Numbered from the stretch's first letter, positions 9,079 to 18,862 are shown. The stretch is 64,000 nucleotides of DNA from Parcubacteria group bacterium (GCA_050260915.1 JBLNCT010000114.1:3220-67219); one strand, 5' to 3'. A program made the numbers and translations. The notes: a model not told the origin generated them from the sequence alone.

Positions 9079-10052
9079 GCCGGGCCGCCGCATCGGACTG
9101 GTTCGCGCGGCGCCGCTCCGGGGCGCTGACGCCGGACGCGCAGGCGGAGCTCGACGCCTGGCTCGCCGACCCCGACAACCGCGCCGCCTTCGCCGACGTC
9201 GAGGCCACCTGGGCGCTGGTCGACGCCGCCCGCGACGACCCCGCCATGCTGGCGATGCGCGAGGCCGCCGAGCGCGCCCATCCGCCCGCGCGGCGCCGAT
9301 GGGTCGTCGGAGGCGCCATCGCCGCCAGCCTGGCCGCCGCCGCCGTCGCCTGGCCGCTCGCGACCTCGCCTGACCTCGCCGCCCGCCTGCCGATCCCCGG
9401 CGCCGACACCCGCACGGTCAGCACCGGCGCGGGCCAGATGACCACCATGACCCTGCCCGACGGCACGCTGGTCACGCTCGACGCCGACACCGTGCTGAAG
9501 ATGCGCGACACGCCCCGCCAGCGGCTGGTCACCATGGAACGCGGCCGCGCCTTCTTCCGCGTGGCCAGGGATGCGCGCCGCCCCTTCAACCTGATCGCGG
9601 GGGGCAAGAAGGTCACCGCGACCGGCACGGCGTTCGACGTCAGCCTCGCCAACAACTGCTTCGAGCTGGTGCTGGTCGAGGGCAAGGTGAAGGTCGCCGA
9701 CGCCTCGGTCTTCCGCCGCCCACAGGCCGCCGAGCTGGCCCCCGGCTCGCGCCTGGTCGTGGCGACGGAAGGGCGCTGGGCCGTCACCCGCGTGAACGTG
9801 GAAAAGGAAACCGGCTGGCTGAAGGGCTGGCTCACCTACGACCGCGCGCCGATGGGCAAGATCGCGGCCGACCTCAACCGCTATTCCGAAAAGCAGATCG
9901 TCATCGCCGACCCGCACGTCGCGGCCACCCCGATGATGGGCGCCTTCAAACCCGGCGACATCGACAGCTTCGTGCGCGCGGCGCGTTACTACGGCTACGC
10001 GCGCGTGACCTCCGAGTCCGGCGGAGAGGTGGTGCTCGCCGCCCCGGAATAG
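9075..10052 (+). CDS. FecR-family anti-sigma #2
   Basis: ATGA overlap with sigma #2; ASDWF, LPDGTLVTLDADT and DLNRYS motifs. Confidence 0.92.
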   Translation: MSRAAASDWFARRRSGALTPDAQAELDAWLADPDNRAAFADVEATWALVDAARDDPAMLAMREAAERAHPPARRRWVVGGAIAASLAAAAVAWPLATSPDLAARLPIPGADTRTVSTGAGQMTTMTLPDGTLVTLDADTVLKMRDTPRQRLVTMERGRAFFRVARDARRPFNLIAGGKKVTATGTAFDVSLANNCFELVLVEGKVKVADASVFRRPQAAELAPGSRLVVATEGRWAVTRVNVEKETGWLKGWLTYDRAPMGKIAADLNRYSEKQIVIADPHVAATPMMGAFKPGDIDSFVRAARYYGYARVTSESGGEVVLAAPE

Positions 10053-10068
10053 AATTTTTTCAGCGGCG

Positions 10069-10102
10069 CCGACCTGTAGGGCGCCGCGCCGATTGCGTCT
10101 GT
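10069..10102 (+). promoter_or_regulatory. Putative ECF-sigma-2 promoter upstream of TBDR2
   Basis: Matches 8466-8499; preceded by the T-tract gaatttttt. Confidence 0.65.
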
Positions 10103-10148
10103 CGCTTCAGGGGGCTTCGCGCTCCCGGGAAAAAGGGGGAGCGAAACG

Positions 10149-13100
10149 ATGCACAAATCCGACCTGAAGCGCCTGCTGTGCGGCGCCGCCGCGATGGCGC
10201 TGGCCTTGCCGATGGCCGCCCACGCCGAAGTCGCCAACTTCAACATCGCGGCCCAGCCGCTGAGCTCCGCGCTGAAGGAATTCAGCATTCAGAGCCAGTA
10301 TAGCCTCGTCGCGCCGCCCGACGTGATCGCCGCGAAAACGACCGCCGGAGTGTCGGAGTCCGCCGAGCCCGAAATCGCGCTGGCCGCGCTCCTGCAAGGC
10401 ACGGGCCTCAGCTACCGCCGCGAAGGAAACACCTTCCTCATCGTGGGAGCCGACGCCCCCCAGTCCGGCAGCGCCGCGGGGGACGGCGCCGGGACCGTTG
10501 AAGCCCTGATCGTCACGGCTCAGAAAAAGGAAGAGGCGATCCAGGACGTGCCGATTGCTATCAGCGCGTTCACGGAGAAGAGCCTGGAGGAGCAGAAGAT
10601 CGAGGGCGGGTTTGACCTGCTGAAGGCGATCCCGAACGTTACGTTCTCGAAGAACAACTTCACGTCCTACAACTTCAGCATCCGCGGCATCGGCACCAAG
10701 GCCGTAAGCGCCACGACCGACCCGGGCGTGGCCGTCAGCTTCAACAACGTCGCCCTGATCCAGAACCGCCTGTTCGAGCAGGAGTACTTCGACGTCGAAC
10801 GCGTAGAAGTCCTGCGCGGGCCGCAGGGCACCCTCTATGGCCGTAACGCCACGGCGGGTGTCGTAAACCTGATCTCAGCCAAGCCGGATATGGATGAATT
10901 CAAAGGCTGGCTGAAGGGCGAGGTTGGCAACTACCACACCAAGCGTCTCTCGGCGATGGTCAACGTCCCTCTCATCGAGGACAAGCTCGCTATCCGCTTT
11001 GCGGGCGCTCTGACGGAGCGGCAGGGGTATGACTACAACACCGGCACCCACCACGCGGTGAACGGCCGTGATCTTTGGTCAGGCCGGATCACGATTGGCT
11101 TCGATCCGACGGAAAGCCTCCACGCCGACTTGGTCTGGGAGCGCTTCAACGAAGACGACAATCGTTCGCGCACCGGCAAGCAGCTCTGCCACCGTGATGA
11201 TGGCCGGGAGTACGTGGGAACTACGCCCACCGCTTCTGTGGACGTGTTTGGACAAGATTTCACCGTACTCCGGCAGGCGCTGTTCTCCCAAGGCTGCAAG
11301 GCCGGTTCTCTGTACGAGAACGCGGCCTTTGGTACGCCGAACGGACTTGCGTTGCCACTCGTCTGGGGCCTCCTGATGACCGGTAGCAATGGCTTCTACT
11401 CACTGAACTACCCGTATTCTGGCTATACGGGACCGCAAACCCTTATCGCTCTCCAGGACCCCTATGGTGGGATGATGCAATCTCGCGACCTGCGCATGAT
11501 AAATTCCTTCCGGGATCCGGTTTATCGGGCTAAGGCCGATATAGTCGAGCTCAATATAAACTGGTCTCCTCGCGATGCCATCACGATAACATCTCAGATG
11601 GCATACAATCGAGATTCTACGTATTCATTTCAAGATTATAACCGGTTTAACACGACTCCAATCTTTGTTGATACGTCAAATTTTTCAGTTTTCGCGTATA
11701 ATGTCAATCCGACCGCATACCGGACGCTGGCTCCCGGCGGCGTCTTTTGCGACCCGCAACTCGGTTGCTCAAATACCTTCGCAGCGTTTGATATTGCTCA
11801 GGCGAAGGGTGAGCAGTTCAGCCAGGAGGTCCGAATCCAATCTTCTTTCGGGGGTGCGTGGGACTTCAGCGCCGGGGCTAACTACACCCAATACAGGACG
11901 AGCGTAGATTATTACGTGATGTCCAATTTGATGACGGCAATGGCGATGGTAAAGCCGTTCAATTTGCCTGAGGAATATCCGGGCGCGGTCGCCGGTTGGG
12001 ATTACTGTTACGGGACTCCCATGTTCTCCGGCGGAGTCAAATATCCGTTAGGTGCGGCAGGTAGTGGCTGTCCCTACATCGATCCTAATCCGGTCGAAAG
12101 CCTCAATGGTGAGGGGCACAACTATTTTCGCTCCAAGAATCCTTATAAGTTGAAGTCGGGAGCGGTGTTTGGCGAGCTGTACTGGCGGCTCAGGGATGAC
12201 CTGAAGCTGACAGCGGGGGGGAGGTACACTGACGACCGGAAAGTGTTTATTCCCGTTCCAAGTCAGTTGCTGCTTGCCGAGGGCTACATCGCTGGGGGTG
12301 ACGTGAATCGCGGTTACCCAGAGCTAGAGCCCATAAAGCAGCGCTGGGGGGAATGGACCGGGCGAATAGGGGTGGACTGGAAGCCGAGACTGTCGTGGAG
12401 CGATCAGACGCTCATCTATGCCTTCTACTCGCATGGTTACAAAGCCGGCGGCGCTAATCCGCCGCAGCCAGGGTTCAGTAAACAAACGTTCCTGGACGTG
12501 CAGGGCTTCACTAAAGAGCAGCAAATCTCTCTGCTCGACTTCTACCCGGATGGGCCGGTACGCGATTACGTTTCACGCTTCGTCTTCCATCCAATCTTTG
12601 AACTCACCGGCGTGGACTATGGCCCCACATTCAAGCCTGAGTTTGTCAACGCGTATGAACTCGGAACGAAGAACACATTGTTCGGTGGCGGGCTCGCCGT
12701 AAACGCGGATACGTTCTTCTATGATTACAAAGATTACCAAGTCTCTCAGATCAAAAATAGAACAGCCGTGAATGAAAATTTTGATGCAAAGGTATGGGGT
12801 GTTGAGTTTGAAGCGCTGTTCGCGCCATCGAGAGATTTAGCGATAAACGCCAGCCTCGGCTACCTCGGCACTAGGATAGCAGACGGTGAGACGTCGATTG
12901 ATATCATGAATCGAACACAAGGAAATCCAGACTTGGTCGTTGCTAAGCCGTGGCCGCAATTGCCGTCAAACTGCGTTGTGCCGGTTTGGGTTGCGGAAAA
13001 CTGGCTTCAAAATCATGCCCAGCTTGGCCAATTCTTTGATCTCTGCGGCGGCGCTAACGGCTTTGTGGCGGCATTCCCATCGGCGTTTGTGATGGACACG

Positions 13101-13556
13101 CACACCTCGAGTCTCTATGATCCGAACTACTACAACGGCGAGAATGGTACATTCAATATAAACGGCGGTGCTGGGATTCGCGCCGACCTGGGAGGCAATC
13201 AACTGCCGAATGCGCCGCATTGGACGATGAACATCGGCGCCCAGTACGGCCGCGACATCCTCGAAGGCTCCTGGCGGGCGACGGTGCGGGCCGACGCGTA
13301 CTGGCAGTCGCAGTCCTGGGCGCGGGTCTACAACGACGACCCGTACGACAAGCTCCACGGCTGGTACAACGTGAACCTGTCCGTCTGGCTGGAGCGTCCC
13401 GAAGACGATCTGAAGATCGAGTTCTACGCCAAGAACCTGCTCGACAAGACGCCGATCACCGACGCCTTCCTGAACTCCGACGATAGCGGCCTGACCACCA
13501 ACGTCTTCGTGCTCGACCCGCGCCTGATCGGGCTCAGCATCAAGAAGGGGTTCTAG
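10149..13556 (+). CDS. STN-containing TonB-dependent receptor #2
   Basis: Signal peptide, STN, IVTAQKKEE, VEVLRGPQGTLYGRNATAG; C-terminal Phe (KKGF). Confidence 0.95.
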   Translation: MHKSDLKRLLCGAAAMALALPMAAHAEVANFNIAAQPLSSALKEFSIQSQYSLVAPPDVIAAKTTAGVSESAEPEIALAALLQGTGLSYRREGNTFLIVGADAPQSGSAAGDGAGTVEALIVTAQKKEEAIQDVPIAISAFTEKSLEEQKIEGGFDLLKAIPNVTFSKNNFTSYNFSIRGIGTKAVSATTDPGVAVSFNNVALIQNRLFEQEYFDVERVEVLRGPQGTLYGRNATAGVVNLISAKPDMDEFKGWLKGEVGNYHTKRLSAMVNVPLIEDKLAIRFAGALTERQGYDYNTGTHHAVNGRDLWSGRITIGFDPTESLHADLVWERFNEDDNRSRTGKQLCHRDDGREYVGTTPTASVDVFGQDFTVLRQALFSQGCKAGSLYENAAFGTPNGLALPLVWGLLMTGSNGFYSLNYPYSGYTGPQTLIALQDPYGGMMQSRDLRMINSFRDPVYRAKADIVELNINWSPRDAITITSQMAYNRDSTYSFQDYNRFNTTPIFVDTSNFSVFAYNVNPTAYRTLAPGGVFCDPQLGCSNTFAAFDIAQAKGEQFSQEVRIQSSFGGAWDFSAGANYTQYRTSVDYYVMSNLMTAMAMVKPFNLPEEYPGAVAGWDYCYGTPMFSGGVKYPLGAAGSGCPYIDPNPVESLNGEGHNYFRSKNPYKLKSGAVFGELYWRLRDDLKLTAGGRYTDDRKVFIPVPSQLLLAEGYIAGGDVNRGYPELEPIKQRWGEWTGRIGVDWKPRLSWSDQTLIYAFYSHGYKAGGANPPQPGFSKQTFLDVQGFTKEQQISLLDFYPDGPVRDYVSRFVFHPIFELTGVDYGPTFKPEFVNAYELGTKNTLFGGGLAVNADTFFYDYKDYQVSQIKNRTAVNENFDAKVWGVEFEALFAPSRDLAINASLGYLGTRIADGETSIDIMNRTQGNPDLVVAKPWPQLPSNCVVPVWVAENWLQNHAQLGQFFDLCGGANGFVAAFPSAFVMDTHTSSLYDPNYYNGENGTFNINGGAGIRADLGGNQLPNAPHWTMNIGAQYGRDILEGSWRATVRADAYWQSQSWARVYNDDPYDKLHGWYNVNLSVWLERPEDDLKIEFYAKNLLDKTPITDAFLNSDDSGLTTNVFVLDPRLIGLSIKKGF

Positions 13557-13562
13557 GCGCAA

Positions 13563-13718
13563 CCCTCCTCCCTCGAGGGGAGGAGGGCAGGGTGGAGGGT
13601 GTGGCCGCTGAGTTTGGCGAAGAAGCACTGTTGGGCGCAGAGCCAAACAGCGCCAGCCTGTCAGCTCACTGCACTCACCCCTATCCCCGGCCCTTCCCCC
13701 CTCGAGGGGGAAGGGAGA
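13563..13718. repeat. Intergenic repeat with paired CCCTCCnCCCTCGAGGGG hairpins (resembles Caulobacter CIR-type repeats)
   Basis: Terminal palindromes ccctcctccctcgaggggaggaggg and cccttcccccctcgagggggaaggg. Confidence 0.65.
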
Positions 13719-13723
13719 GTTCC

Positions 13724-13791
13724 CCGGCTTCGGTCCCCTTCGAACCGGATCACTGCAAGGCGGTCGCCCCCACCGGCGGCCGCCTTTTCTT
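13724..13791 (+). ncRNA. Conserved TBDR 3' element copy 3 plus terminator
   Basis: ccggcttcg-gtcccctt-cgaaccgga, then aaggcggtcgcc-cccacc-ggcggccgcctt-ttctt. Confidence 0.55.
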
Positions 13792-13833
13792 CGCCCGCTT
13801 GACACCTTCGCCAACCCGCCGACGCTTACGCGT

Positions 13834-14367
13834 ATGTACGCACGTGAGGTCCGCACCGACACGGCCGCCCGGCAGGCGCTGGACGAGCGCTACCGCGCGC
13901 CTCTGATGGCCTTTTTCCTGCGCCGGCTCTCCGACCGCGCGGAGGCCGAGGACCTGGTGCAGGAAGTCTTCGTCCGCATGGTCGCCCGCGGCGCTTCCGA
14001 CGACATCCGCAGCGCCGACGCCTTCGTCTTCGCCATCGCCGGCAACCTGCTGCGCGACCGCGCCCGCCTCCAGGCCACCCGCAGCGCCTCGGCCCACACG
14101 TCCCTCGACCCCGCCGACGACGCGCCGGACGAAAATCTTGTTGAGCATTCCACGCCCGACCGCGTCTTACTCGGTAGGGAGCGGCTCACGCTCGTCCAGC
14201 GGGCGCTGACCGAGCTGCCCGAGCGTACGCGTAACATCTTCGTCCTCTACCGCATGGAGAACATGCGCCGGCGCGACATTGCGATGCTTTATGGAATCAC
14301 CGTCAGCGCCGTGGAAAAGCACATCGCCAAGGCGCTGGACCACCTGATGGCGAGGCTGGAGCGATGA
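13834..14367 (+). CDS. ECF sigma factor (FecI-like) #3
   Basis: AEDLVQEVF and LPERTRNIFVLYRMENMRRRDIAMLYGITVSAVEKHIAKA. A TTGACA at ~13798 suggests a housekeeping-type promoter. Confidence 0.93.
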   Translation: MYAREVRTDTAARQALDERYRAPLMAFFLRRLSDRAEAEDLVQEVFVRMVARGASDDIRSADAFVFAIAGNLLRDRARLQATRSASAHTSLDPADDAPDENLVEHSTPDRVLLGRERLTLVQRALTELPERTRNIFVLYRMENMRRRDIAMLYGITVSAVEKHIAKALDHLMARLER

Positions 14368-15341
14368 GCGCGAACGACACCCGCCGCGCCGACGCCGCGC
14401 TTTGGCGCACCCGCCTGGAGGAGGAGCCCCAGCTCGCGCTGACGCCCGAATACCTCGATTGGTCCGCCGAGCCCGCCAACCGCGCGCTGTCCGACCGGGC
14501 CGACGAGGCCTGGGACCTGGTGGGCGAGCTCTCCGCCACGCCGGAGATGATCGCGCTGCGCCACGCAGCCCTTGCCGACGCCCGCAAAACCGCCGCCCGC
14601 CGCTGGTCGCCCCGCCTGCCGCGCATGGCCGCGGCCATAGCCGCCGGCGTGGTGCTGGCCGCCAGCGCGGGCGGCGCCTGGCTGCTCTCGCCCACCATCT
14701 ACCGCACCGACATCGGCGAGCGCCGCGTCGTAACCCTGCAGGACGGCTCGCGCATCTCCCTCGACGCCGCCAGCGAGGTGAAGGTTCGCTATACCCACGG
14801 CGCGCGGAAGCTGGAGCTCGTCCACGGCCAGGCCCGCTTCGACGTCGCCCGCGACCTTGCGCGCCCCTTCGTGGTCGACGCCGGCGACCGCACGGTTTCG
14901 GCCACCAAGGGCGCCTTCAACATCGACCGCGCCGCGCGGAAGGTCTGCGTCACCCTGCTCGACGGCGCGGCCATCATCCGCCCCGACGCCGGCCTGTTCC
15001 ACCGCGCGGCGCCCGAAAAACCGCGCCTGCTCAACGCCGGCCAACAGCTGACCGTCGCCTCCCGGGGCGAGGCCGTCGCGACCGCAGACCCGCGCGAAGT
15101 CACCGCCTGGGAACGCGGCGAACTCGTCTTCACCAACGAGCCCCTGGCCGACGCCGTGGCGCGCGTGAACCGCTATTCCGTGCGCCGCATCGAGGTCGAC
15201 CCCAGCGCGGCGCCGTTACGCATTTCCGGCGCTTTCAATGCGGGCGACACTGCGTCCTTCCTCGACGCGATGGCCAGCTACTTCAACCTCGAGGCCGTGC
15301 CCTCGTCCGACGGAAAGGTGATGCTGCAGGCGCGATCCTGA
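14364..15341 (+). CDS. FecR-family anti-sigma #3
   Basis: ATGA overlap; LQDGSRISLDAAS and W.RGELVFTNEPLADAVARVNRY motifs. Confidence 0.93.
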   Translation: MSANDTRRADAALWRTRLEEEPQLALTPEYLDWSAEPANRALSDRADEAWDLVGELSATPEMIALRHAALADARKTAARRWSPRLPRMAAAIAAGVVLAASAGGAWLLSPTIYRTDIGERRVVTLQDGSRISLDAASEVKVRYTHGARKLELVHGQARFDVARDLARPFVVDAGDRTVSATKGAFNIDRAARKVCVTLLDGAAIIRPDAGLFHRAAPEKPRLLNAGQQLTVASRGEAVATADPREVTAWERGELVFTNEPLADAVARVNRYSVRRIEVDPSAAPLRISGAFNAGDTASFLDAMASYFNLEAVPSSDGKVMLQARS

Positions 15342-15456
15342 CGGCCGTGAAAATTTTTTTGCCGGAGTGCTGAGCATCCGCGTCCCCGTCCCGTCCTCCA
15401 CTACGAGAGCCCGCGTTGCAGCGGGCCTGGCGGCGCCCGGGGGAGGGGCTTCTACG

Positions 15457-18400
15457 ATGACGAATACTCGGAAGATCTTGATGGGCGCCTCGGCGCTGGC
15501 CGGCGCGCTGTCGATCGCGCTGACGGCGACGGCTGCGAGCGCCGAGACAAGGCCGATCGCCTTCGACCTGCCGGCCCAGCCGCTGGGCGAATCCTTACGC
15601 GATTTCTACCGGGAGTCCGGCGAGCAGATCGTCTTCTCCGAAGACCTCGTCGCCGGCCGCACCAGCCCGGCGCTGAAGGGCAGCTACACCGCAGACCAGG
15701 CGCTCGCCATGCTGCTCGAGGGCACCAACCTCAGCGCGCGACGCACCAGCACGGGAGTGGTGATGATCGAAGCCCCCCAGTCCGGCAGCGCCGCGGGGGA
15801 CGGCGCTGACGCGGGGACGGTTGCTGCGCTCGTCGTGACGGCGCAGAAGCGTGAGGAGAACATCCAGGATGTGCCGATCGCGATCTCGGCCTTCACGGAG
15901 AAGTCGCTCGAAGAACAGAAGATCGAAGGCGGCTTCGACCTCCTGAAGGCGATCCCGAACGTCACCTTCTCGAAGAACAACTTCACCAGCTACAACTTTA
16001 GCATTCGGGGCGTAGGCACCAAGGCGATCTCCGCCACCACCGATCCGGGCGTGGCGGTGTCGTTCAACAACATCGCCCTGATCCAAAACCGCCTGTTCGA
16101 GCAGGAGTACTTCGACGTCGAACGCGTCGAGGTGCTGCGCGGGCCGCAGGGCACGCTCTATGGCCGCAACGCGACCGCCGGTGTGATCAACGTCATCTCG
16201 GCCAAGCCGAACCTGCAGGACTTCTCCGGCTGGATCAAAGGCGAGGTGGGCAACTACCACGCCAAGCGCCTCTCAGCGATGGTCAACGTCCCCCTCGTCC
16301 AGGACAAGCTCGCCATCCGCCTTGCAGGGTCACTCACCGACCGGCAGGGCTACGACTACAACGAAGGCACCCACCGCGCGGTGAACGGTCGCGACCTGTG
16401 GTCAGGCCGCGTGACCGTCGCGTTCAACCCCACGGACCGGTTCCGCTCCAACCTCATTTGGGAGCGCTTCAACGAAGACGACAACCGCTCGCGGACCGGG
16501 AAACAGCTGTGTCATCGTGACCCGGGACCGACGATGATCGGGAACACGGCCGTCGCCCAGCCTGACGAGTCCGGCGGCTACTTCGATGCCCCCCTTCGCC
16601 AGGCGTTGTTCTCGCAGGGTTGTTTGCCCGGTTCGTTGTACGACGATGCGGCCTTCGGAACGCCGAACGGCCTGTCTCTGCCTTTCATCTTCGGAATGCA
16701 CCAGGCCCAGCAGATTATACAGGTTGGCCCATACAATCCGGAAACACACGTTTTCGAGGACTTCCTGCAGCTACGTGATCCGTACGGTGGCATGATGCAG
16801 TCGCGGGACCTCAGAGTCATCGACTCGATCATGGATCCGGTCTATCGCGCCAAAGCGGACGTCGTTGAGCTGAATCTCGAATTTGATGTCACAGACGCCC
16901 TGAAATTGTTCTCCCAGGCAGCGTACGACCGCGACACAGTTTATTCTTCGCAGGATTATAACCGGTTCAATACTGGGGAAATATTCCGGGATTCCTCAAT
17001 TCTATTGGGAGGCTACGCGAGTCTCTCACCCGGAGGAGTGTTTTGCGATCCGCAACTGGGCTGCTCCAAGTCTATGGTCGGGTACGATATTTCGAAGGCC
17101 AAATCAGAGCAATTTTCTGAAGAGATACGCCTTCAGTCAAGCTTCACAGGCCCGGTGAACTTCAGCGCCGGCGCCAACTACACGCGCTTCAGAACCTTGG
17201 TGGACTACTATGTCTTTAATAACATGATAACGGCCATGGCGATGTTGCCGCCGTTCATGGCCTGGGATCCACCGTCCCAGCCGGTCGCCTTTGATACCTG
17301 TTCCATGTTTATAGATCTTACCGGTACGATCTTCCCCGCCGGAGATCCCCGTTCCGCGTGTCCTTACATCGATCCCAACCCGCTCGAAAGCATCAACGGC
17401 GAGGGCCACAACTACTTCCGCAGCAAGAATCCCTACCGGCTCCTGTCCACCGCGGCATTTGGCGAACTGTACTGGCAGTTTTCCGATGCTCTGAAGGTGA
17501 CGGCGGGGCTCAGGTACACCGATGACCGCAAGACGTTTACGCCGGTGCCGAGCCAGGTGCTGCTTGCACCGAGCTTTTTTGCCGGCGGCACTGTCGCGCG
17601 CGGGTATCCGGCGCTGCCCGATATAAAGCAGCATTGGGGCGAGTGGACCGGGCGGCTTGGCGTGGACTGGAAACCGGAACTCCCCTTCACGGACCAAACT
17701 ATGGTCTATGCCTTCTACTCCCGGGGCTACAAGGGCGGCGGAGCGAACCCGCCCACGCCAGGCTATGGCGACAAATCGCTTGTCGACTACCTCGGAGATT
17801 TCCTCAGCTTTATCGTACCGCAACAGGACATCGAGCGGTTCACGCGTCCGATCTTGCAGCTTCCGGCTGACTACGAGCCGACCTTCAAACCCGAGTTCGT
17901 CAACGCCTTCGAAACGGGCGTCAAAAACACGCTGTTGGGCGGCGCGCTTGTGTTGAATGGCGACGCGTTCTTCTATGATTATAAGGACTACCAAGTTTCC
18001 CAAATAAAGCTGCGGACGGCCGTCAACGAAAACTTCGATGCGAAAGTCTGGGGGCTAGAGTTCGAATCGCTGTTCAGTCCAAGCCGCAATTTTCACATCA
18101 ATGCGAACCTTGGCTATCTGAACACCCGGATTGGAAATGGCCAGCGTTCCATTAACATCATGGATCGAACGCAGGGCAATCCGAACTATGTGCTTGCGAA
18201 GCCGTGGCCGTTGCTCCCCGCGAACTGTATCGTGCCCGAGCACGTTGCGGAGGAGTTCGCAGGATTCTTCACACGGCCGGATGGCTCCACTTACCGAAAG
18301 TACACTATTAACCAGGCGACTTTCCTTTGCGGGGGGAGCAATGGCTTTCTCGAGGCGCTAGGCATCACCAATGGCGTCATCGATACCCGTACCGGAGCCC

Positions 18401-18849
18401 TCTACGACCCGTACGCCCGTGACGCCAATGGCAATCTGCTCTATCCGGAAATCAACGGCGGGGCCGGCCTCTACGAGGACGTGTCGGGCAACCACCTGCC
18501 CAACTCGCCGCACTGGACGATGAACATCGGCGCGCAATATAGCCACGATATCCTCGATGGCTCCTGGCGAGCGACGGTCCGCGGCGACGCTTACTGGCAG
18601 TCGCAGTCCTGGGCTCGGGTCTACAACGATAACCCATACGACAAGCTGCACGGCTGGTATAACGTGAACCTGTCAGTGTGGCTGGAGCGGCCTGAGGACG
18701 ACCTTAAGATCGAGTTCTACGCCAAGAACCTGCTCGACAAGACGCCGATCACCGACGCCTTCCTGAATTCCGACGACAGCGCGCTGACGACGAACGTCTT
18801 CACGCTCGATCCCCGACTGATCGGGCTGTCTATCCGCAAGGGCTTTTAG
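15457..18849 (+). CDS. STN-containing TonB-dependent receptor #3
   Basis: Start reassigned to ATG 15457 (RBS gggaggg, signal peptide MTNTRKILMG); STN, plug motif, terminal Phe (RKGF). Confidence 0.95.
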   Translation: MTNTRKILMGASALAGALSIALTATAASAETRPIAFDLPAQPLGESLRDFYRESGEQIVFSEDLVAGRTSPALKGSYTADQALAMLLEGTNLSARRTSTGVVMIEAPQSGSAAGDGADAGTVAALVVTAQKREENIQDVPIAISAFTEKSLEEQKIEGGFDLLKAIPNVTFSKNNFTSYNFSIRGVGTKAISATTDPGVAVSFNNIALIQNRLFEQEYFDVERVEVLRGPQGTLYGRNATAGVINVISAKPNLQDFSGWIKGEVGNYHAKRLSAMVNVPLVQDKLAIRLAGSLTDRQGYDYNEGTHRAVNGRDLWSGRVTVAFNPTDRFRSNLIWERFNEDDNRSRTGKQLCHRDPGPTMIGNTAVAQPDESGGYFDAPLRQALFSQGCLPGSLYDDAAFGTPNGLSLPFIFGMHQAQQIIQVGPYNPETHVFEDFLQLRDPYGGMMQSRDLRVIDSIMDPVYRAKADVVELNLEFDVTDALKLFSQAAYDRDTVYSSQDYNRFNTGEIFRDSSILLGGYASLSPGGVFCDPQLGCSKSMVGYDISKAKSEQFSEEIRLQSSFTGPVNFSAGANYTRFRTLVDYYVFNNMITAMAMLPPFMAWDPPSQPVAFDTCSMFIDLTGTIFPAGDPRSACPYIDPNPLESINGEGHNYFRSKNPYRLLSTAAFGELYWQFSDALKVTAGLRYTDDRKTFTPVPSQVLLAPSFFAGGTVARGYPALPDIKQHWGEWTGRLGVDWKPELPFTDQTMVYAFYSRGYKGGGANPPTPGYGDKSLVDYLGDFLSFIVPQQDIERFTRPILQLPADYEPTFKPEFVNAFETGVKNTLLGGALVLNGDAFFYDYKDYQVSQIKLRTAVNENFDAKVWGLEFESLFSPSRNFHINANLGYLNTRIGNGQRSINIMDRTQGNPNYVLAKPWPLLPANCIVPEHVAEEFAGFFTRPDGSTYRKYTINQATFLCGGSNGFLEALGITNGVIDTRTGALYDPYARDANGNLLYPEINGGAGLYEDVSGNHLPNSPHWTMNIGAQYSHDILDGSWRATVRGDAYWQSQSWARVYNDNPYDKLHGWYNVNLSVWLERPEDDLKIEFYAKNLLDKTPITDAFLNSDDSALTTNVFTLDPRLIGLSIRKGF

Positions 18850-18862
18850 GCAAACCCACAGT

